Part shown: piece by piece, positions 34,828 to 36,988 of the stretch
How the letters are laid out: the number at the start of each line of letters is the position of its first letter
Position numbering within the stretch: position 1 is the stretch's first letter
Origin: a virus
Taxonomy: Duplodnaviria; Caudoviricetes
DNA length: 36,988 nt
Strand: one strand, 5' to 3'
IMG/VR virus record: IMGVR_UViG_3300037313_000101
Coordinates: 1 to 36,988 of that record
The notes under the pieces: model-generated
Told to the model about the DNA's origin: nothing
The model's database searches: none
What the model saw: only the letters and a program-made list of their open reading frames with translations
Program-made: the position numbers and the translations under genes

Positions 34828-35538
34828 TCACAAGCGAAGCTCAACCATTTCCTTCTTGTTGAGTCCGTACTGGACCTCGGCAGTTAAGGGTAATGAAAAA
34901 TCATAATCAAAGACTTGTTTACATAGTTTAGGTACATCTTCAACTGCCTGATTCAAAATCCTACCAACTGCTTCTACTTCATTCTCTGGACAATCCGCAA
35001 CAATACTATCGTGAATCGTCGAGATCAAGATAGCAGTAAGAGCAGATTCCCTCAGCAACTTCCTCGCTTGTAAGCGGGCTAACATGACAAGATCGGCACC
35101 AAATCCCTGAACAGGATAGTTCTTGATGATTGTTTCCGGCCACGGTTTCCTCTTGCTGTAGTCCGGAGTGATCGGAAATATCCGTCCGCTGGGAATCTCC
35201 AGATACCGATTCTCGATTGCGAACTGAATTAGGTGTTTGTGCCATTCAGCAATTCCTTTATACTTGGTGTAGTATTTATCAATTACATCTTGCCAATAAT
35301 TCTGACTGCTTGAGATAGGAATGAATAAGGGATCAACAGTGAATCCGTAGGCTGATGTTCCGTATAACAATCGAAACTTAAAGAATTTCGCATCCCTACG
35401 CTCGTTAAAACCAAGTAACTTCCTGTTCTCTTCGTGAAAGTTAACCTTGTCTCGAACTTCTTGACAAAGAACTGGATCGCCACTTAGCTCCGCTGCTACA
35501 ACTACCTCTAGACCTGATACGTCACAATTAACTAACAT
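34828..35538 (-). CDS. polA: family A DNA polymerase, C-terminal palm/fingers part
   Basis: Motif A DVSGLE, motif B RRDAKFFKFRLLYG, NYPVQG, motif C IHDS. Confidence 0.9.
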   Translation of the reverse strand: MLVNCDVSGLEVVVAAELSGDPVLCQEVRDKVNFHEENRKLLGFNERRDAKFFKFRLLYGTSAYGFTVDPLFIPISSSQNYWQDVIDKYYTKYKGIAEWHKHLIQFAIENRYLEIPSGRIFPITPDYSKRKPWPETIIKNYPVQGFGADLVMLARLQARKLLRESALTAILISTIHDSIVADCPENEVEAVGRILNQAVEDVPKLCKQVFDYDFSLPLTAEVQYGLNKKEMVELRL

Positions 35539-35686
35539 TCATTCTCAATACCATAAACCAAGTGTTAGTTGCTGAGTTAACGGTAGCTGGTTGAAAAGGC
35601 TCCCATCCGTAATAAATGGCATTATCCACTTCTCTTTTAAAGTCAAGAAAGAGAAAACCGACTATAGTTTTGTATTTATATTTCAA
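35528..35686 (-). CDS. 52-aa protein between the polymerase halves (DUF1737-like; not in ORF track)
   Basis: TTG overlaps the upstream TGA; MKYKYKTIVGFLFLDFKREVDNAIYYGWEPFQPATVNSATNTWFMVLRMNVS. Confidence 0.55.
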   Translation of the reverse strand: MKYKYKTIVGFLFLDFKREVDNAIYYGWEPFQPATVNSATNTWFMVLRMNVS

Positions 35687-36861
35687 AATCTGCTCACCAA
35701 TAATTCATCTACATCACCACTGAAATTCTGCATGTTCGGATTGCTACTGCTAAGGCGACCAGTAGCAGCAACAACTTGGTTGTATTGCCCATGAAGATAC
35801 TCACCCCATTCCATTTTCTCTAGGAGTTCGGGCATCTTTCCGTAGTACGTATCCAGTAACTTCGCTTGTTCTGCACGTGCAAGTAGTAACTCCACGATAC
35901 GCTTATGGGTTTTGGTCGGGTTTTTGAGTTGTTTAAGTACATCTTCGCCTGTCGCATAGATCGGATATTCCTTTTCCTCAACTTTGCTTTTGAGCTTAGT
36001 CTCTGAACCTTTAATCGGATTGAACAATGTCGGGCACCTAACAATGTTCGTGACATATCTATTCCTCTCATACTCTTGTCCTTTACGTGGTCCTGACTTA
36101 TAGATCAGTTTATCAACGTGGGATACACGAGTAAGCTCAAATGCCCCGCCATAAAGTAGACAACTAAGCTGATGCCCGCTATCAAGGTTGCAATCGTCAG
36201 GAGCATTGAGCAGCTCACGAAGCTCTTTTGTAAGAACTTGGAGGGACTCTTCTGTCTCCACAGCTTTTTGTTTACATTTTTCAACATCAAACTTAATTCC
36301 ATTCCATTCCATTTCTTCCAGAACTAACAAATCTAAACCCATCACCATACACAGTCGTTTCTGACGGTCGGTCATAGCTTTTTGCTGAGCCAAATAAAGT
36401 TTATAGGTTAGCTCAACATCTAACTTATTGTAGGCCGTTAGTTCTTCGGCAGGAATCTCGTCTGTTTGAATTCCTAGATTCCAGTATTCCTCAATACGCT
36501 CACTCTTTTTCCACTCTGGATTAAATCTTGCTAGCGCCTCGTTAAGCGATGGATAAGAACCTTGTTGTCCTCGCAGGATAAACTCGGCAATCTGACAATC
36601 CCACACTCGAACCCTATCGTTCCATTTGATCCCATATCTGCGCGCCCAATGAAGATCGTATTTAGCATTGTAGGCAACAATCAGATCAGCATTCTCTAGT
36701 GCATACCGTAATGGTCTAAGGAATTCAATGTCTGTATAGTAGGCACAATCTATTTCCTTGTTGTCATCCACCTTAACTGAATAGCATACCATCTTGTTAC
36801 TCGCCGTAAACGGGTTGCCCTTGTTAATGGTGGTGGCTTCTACGTCGAAAGTTATAACGAT
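35683..36861 (-). CDS. polA: family A DNA polymerase, N-terminal 3'-5' exonuclease/thumb part (probable ATC/ATT start)
   Basis: ExoI TFDVE upstream of the first ATG, ExoII YNAKYD, ExoIII YNKLD, TGRLSSSNPNMQN. Confidence 0.88.
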   Translation of the reverse strand: MVITFDVEATTINKGNPFTASNKMVCYSVKVDDNKEIDCAYYTDIEFLRPLRYALENADLIVAYNAKYDLHWARRYGIKWNDRVRVWDCQIAEFILRGQQGSYPSLNEALARFNPEWKKSERIEEYWNLGIQTDEIPAEELTAYNKLDVELTYKLYLAQQKAMTDRQKRLCMVMGLDLLVLEEMEWNGIKFDVEKCKQKAVETEESLQVLTKELRELLNAPDDCNLDSGHQLSCLLYGGAFELTRVSHVDKLIYKSGPRKGQEYERNRYVTNIVRCPTLFNPIKGSETKLKSKVEEKEYPIYATGEDVLKQLKNPTKTHKRIVELLLARAEQAKLLDTYYGKMPELLEKMEWGEYLHGQYNQVVAATGRLSSSNPNMQNFSGDVDELLVSRF

Positions 36862-36988
36862 AATTCTTCCTCCGCCCTTTGTCTAGCTTTTAACGCCTCT
36901 TCATACGATGGGCCGGTATATAGTTGTATGAATTTTCGATTGATATTAATAAATGCTTGATATGTTTTAGTAACTAGGCCTTTAGCAT
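36852..36988 (-). CDS. C-terminus of an AP2-domain-like protein (probably HNH-AP2 endonuclease), truncated by window
   Basis: ...TYQAFININRKFIQLYTGPSYEEALKARQRAEEELSL*. Confidence 0.55.
   Translation of the reverse strand, partial: AKGLVTKTYQAFININRKFIQLYTGPSYEEALKARQRAEEELSL

Noticed and set aside
34799-34841. Hairpins downstream of polA as a terminator
   Set aside because: Short stems without a U tract
35539-35682. Group I intron or intein in polA
   Set aside because: Only 144 bp, no core intron elements or intein motifs, and fully occupied by a coupled ORF
1-36988. Prophage or genome-wide stop-codon reassignment
   Set aside because: No integrase or host genes are visible, and long genes are intact under the standard code with TAA, TGA and TAG all used as stops

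Overview
A 37 kb piece of a lytic-type, P22/T7-like short-tailed dsDNA phage genome. No integrase, repressor or RNA polymerase is visible. The layout is divergent. A GC-richer block of small early genes lies on the minus strand (1-2.9 kb), followed by a ~1.3 kb non-coding control/origin-like region. A plus-strand late operon runs from 4.2 to 26.5 kb: terminases, holins, portal, GroES, scaffold, capsid, tail, ejection proteins and lysozyme. A convergent minus-strand replication and nucleotide-metabolism operon runs from 26.6 to 37 kb: split family A DNA polymerase, SSB-like protein, tRNAs, nucleases, dNTP enzymes, class II RNR and an HslV-like peptidase. Most notable: (1) four genes in the replication operon appear to need non-canonical start codons (ATC/ATT, CTG, ATA, ATT); (2) a CCA-ending tRNA-like RNA with a collapsed anticodon arm heads the tRNA cluster; (3) a 16-bp palindrome ATTAACAATWGTTAAT occurs at seven intergenic sites; (4) the polymerase is split around a small inserted gene; (5) the 5'-3' exonuclease is frameshifted at a T6 run; (6) two gyrase-site-like periodic elements sit in the control region. 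All product calls come from motif recognition and gene order, not database searches.
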